A program made the translations under genes and the position numbers. Of a DNA stretch of 64,000 bases, positions 61,770 through 64,000 are shown one piece after another. Position 1 is the stretch's first letter. Each line of letters starts with the position of its first letter. The DNA is from Basidiobolus meristosporus CBS 931.73. Taxonomy: Eukaryota; Fungi; Basidiobolomycota. The DNA lies in NCBI GenBank assembly GCA_002104905.1, contig MCFE01000221.1, positions 59,783 to 123,782 of the forward strand. The letters are read 5' to 3'. The notes below the pieces were generated by a model, which worked only from the letters and a program-made list of their open reading frames with translations, searched no databases and had not been told where the DNA came from.

Positions 61770-63796
61770 TTAGGGGGGGAGACAGTCACCAACAGGTGAA
61801 ATCTTTATTTCAGTTGAAACAAAGAAGCCAGCGCTACTGTTGTAGCTTTGATACAAGAGTGTGTAGCTGAGGGGAATTTGTAGGTAAGTTAATAAGAAGT
61901 GATGATAGTTCTTCAGTGCTCAAGACACTGTTCAGTGGGAAGGGGGGTAGCAAGAGAGGTAAGAATGACTTGTGAACAACATTAATGAGGGGAATGTGAT
62001 AAGGATTGATATTCATCATAGAGGGAGTGTGCTGCTGCAGATATTGCTGCCAAAGGTCTGTCAAGTACTTCAGGTAGGCCAGCTTGGGTTTTTCTGACTG
62101 CAGAATATAGTGAGCAAACTTCTTGACTTCAGGATCTCCAAGTATAGTTCTCCAGCAGGAGCCAGGTGTTGTGTGGTGTGTTCTCTTCCAGGCCTTAATC
62201 AGTGGGTTGTTGCAGTTGTGAAGTCTGAGGTATAATCTGGTTCTAAGGTAGAGAAGTCTGATCTTATAGGGCATAAATCCAAAAGCACCAAGAATAGCAT
62301 GTCTGTAGGGGCATTCAGGCAAATGAGGCACCAAGGAGGTAATGCACCATACTGCAAACTTGTCAAGCTTAGTGCAGTCTTTAGAAGTAAGAGAGAGAAG
62401 TGGTAAGCCAAATTGCAGGACAGGGAAGACAAACTGCTTGAGTAGAAGGAGGCAGCTGGGAGCTGAAGTTGTAGGAGGAGTAACAGCCAGTAGCTTGTGG
62501 AGTGCCTGTCTTGCCAGGATAATTCTCTTCTTCAGGTGTGCTCCAGAGTCTAGTCCAGTAGGAAGGAAAGGAAAGCCAAGATATGTAGCAGAAACCTGAG
62601 CAGGTAGAGTGGAGTTCTCCAAGTTGATGGGAGAGCCCAAAGGTACTGTCTTTGCAATGGAAAGCTGGAGATTATTCTTCTGCAGATACTGGTGGATGGT
62701 CCGGGAGTCTTGTTGCACATTGGAGGAGGATATTCTGATGTCATCAGCAAAGAGAGTAATCAGGTAGTCAGCTGAGAGTCTTGGGAAATCATTCAGGAAG
62801 ATGGCAAACAGTATAGGACCAAGCACAGAGCCTTGAACCACTCCATTAGGAACTGAGAACACAGCTGATTGCTCACTTGGGTGCAGAATTCTTGCTTGTA
62901 GATCCAGAAACAGAGACCTGACAAGGAGGGTGAGAGAGGTACTGGAGAAGCATTGCAACTTGGACCAAAGCAGATTTCTGTCAACTGAATCAAAGGCCTT
63001 AGTAATATCAAACAGAACAGAGGGATACTTGCACTGGAGTGCGTGATCTTGGCTAAGTATGACTGCATATTCCAAGGAGAGGCCAGGAATAAAGCCAAAT
63101 TGTGCAGGACAAAACTTGAGGGAGTCAGAGTAGAGCTCCTGAGCAAGCAGAAGCTCAAACACCTTTCTGCAGGTGGGCAGCAGAGATATTGGCCTGTAGG
63201 AGCTAGGATCCAGGTGCTTTCCTTTACCCTTGTACAGTGGCAGAACCTTTGCAAAGGACCATTCCTCAGGAGTAGAAAGCTGGGCTGAGCATTGCTGAAA
63301 CAGTGGAAGCAGAAGTGCAGACATGGCCTTGGTACTAGTCTTCAGAAGCTCATAAGAGATTGTGTCCACACCTGGAGCAGTAGAGTTGGGAAGCCTCTTG
63401 AGCACATTATGGATTCTCCTTTGATCAAGTGCAAGTGGGACGGGCAGAGTCTTGAAGTCAGGATGAAAGTCAGGAGTTGAGTACTGCCTTGTAGAGAAGA
63501 AGATGTTAGCCAGCTGTTCTGTTGAAGGTAACTTTCTGGAAGAGGGCCTCATTGCCCTGTAGAGTCTTGATACTGCTCTTGTTATAGAGTTGGAAGATTG
63601 CAGAGGCAAAGAACTCATAATATGATCCCAGAGCTGAGTATGCAGAGTGTGGTGAATTGCCTTGGAGTGGTGTATTGCTGTCAGGAGGAGTTTCTCTGTT
63701 TTTGGGTTAGGGAAACTCAGGTAGCTTTGTTGCAGGGCTGAAACAATGGATTCCCATTTTCTTGAGGTAACAGCAGTAGTCTTGCATGGCAGTGAG
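61770..63796 (-). mobile_element. 5'-truncated non-LTR (LINE-type) retrotransposon family A (A2) with intact RT frame, capped by the telomere
   Basis: RT motifs TAPGVD, YRPISLL, QFGF, DITKAFDSVDR, GVVQGSVLGPILF, FADD and thumb PVLQFG. Stop at 61834. The frame stays open upstream of Met 63618 up to the telomere junction. Confidence 0.95.
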
Positions 63797-64000
63797 AGGG
63801 TTAGGGTTAGGGTTAGGGTTAGGGTTAGGGTTAGGGTTAGGGTTAGGGTTAGGGTTAGGGTTAGGGTTAGGGTTAGGGTTAGGGTTAGGGTTAGGTTAGG
63901 GTTAGGGTTAGGGTTAGGGTTAGGGTTAGGGTTAGGGTTAGGGTTAGGGTTAGGGTTAGGGTTAGGGTTAGGGTTAGGGTTAGGGTTAGGGTTAGGGTTA
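63797..64000 (+). repeat. Telomeric (TTAGGG)n array, about 34 units to the window end
   Basis: Read directly from the sequence. One TTAGG variant at 63891-63895. The G-rich strand runs 5'->3' toward the end. Confidence 0.99.

Noticed and set aside
61834-63618. Penelope-like (Athena/Coprina) identity for the telomeric RT
   Set aside because: The position and polarity fit, but the motifs (APGxD, YRPISLL, QFGF, KAFDSV, QGSVLGP, FADD) are standard LINE-type RT motifs, not PLE or TERT-like ones.
63700-63715. GGGTTAGGG inside the LINE as an extra junction
   Set aside because: It encodes FPNP within the continuous open frame and has no G-run or 3'-end motif after it.
63891-63895. TTAGG variant in the telomere
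   Set aside because: A single missing G is compatible with sequencing error or ordinary telomerase slippage.

Overview
This is the right-hand end of a fungal chromosome. Short GT-AG introns, TTAGGG telomeres and the gene set suggest an early-diverging fungus, but the taxon is an inference. The window has three zones. (1) 1-15.3 kb is a CpG-poor stack of decayed transposons: CACTA/EnSpm-like pieces with CCCTATGA termini, a Harbinger-type DDE transposase and a Ty1/copia end with a 349-bp LTR. (2) About 16-58.6 kb is a gene-dense island: P450, secreted tyrosinase, PHD-finger protein, Gti1/Pac2 factor, Myb-like protein, EXO84, cyclophilin, GCIP-like protein, ACL4, RPL7 with two intronic C/D snoRNAs, DPH7, RPL6, eIF3e, three 7TM-RGS copies, TRMU/SLM3, EFG1, two head-to-head secreted (Gly-Lys-Asp)n collagen-like genes, CHS7 and a SAM methyltransferase. 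(3) 59.2-64 kb is the subtelomere. Stacked copia ends are followed by a head-to-tail chain of four 5'-truncated non-LTR retroelement pieces from two families, each joined through a (T)TAGGG-G-run junction. The last piece carries an intact LINE-type RT frame that stays open right into the (TTAGGG)n telomere. This chain is the best candidate for an undescribed system: a two-family telomere-targeted or telomere-healing LINE array with a shared 3' hairpin.
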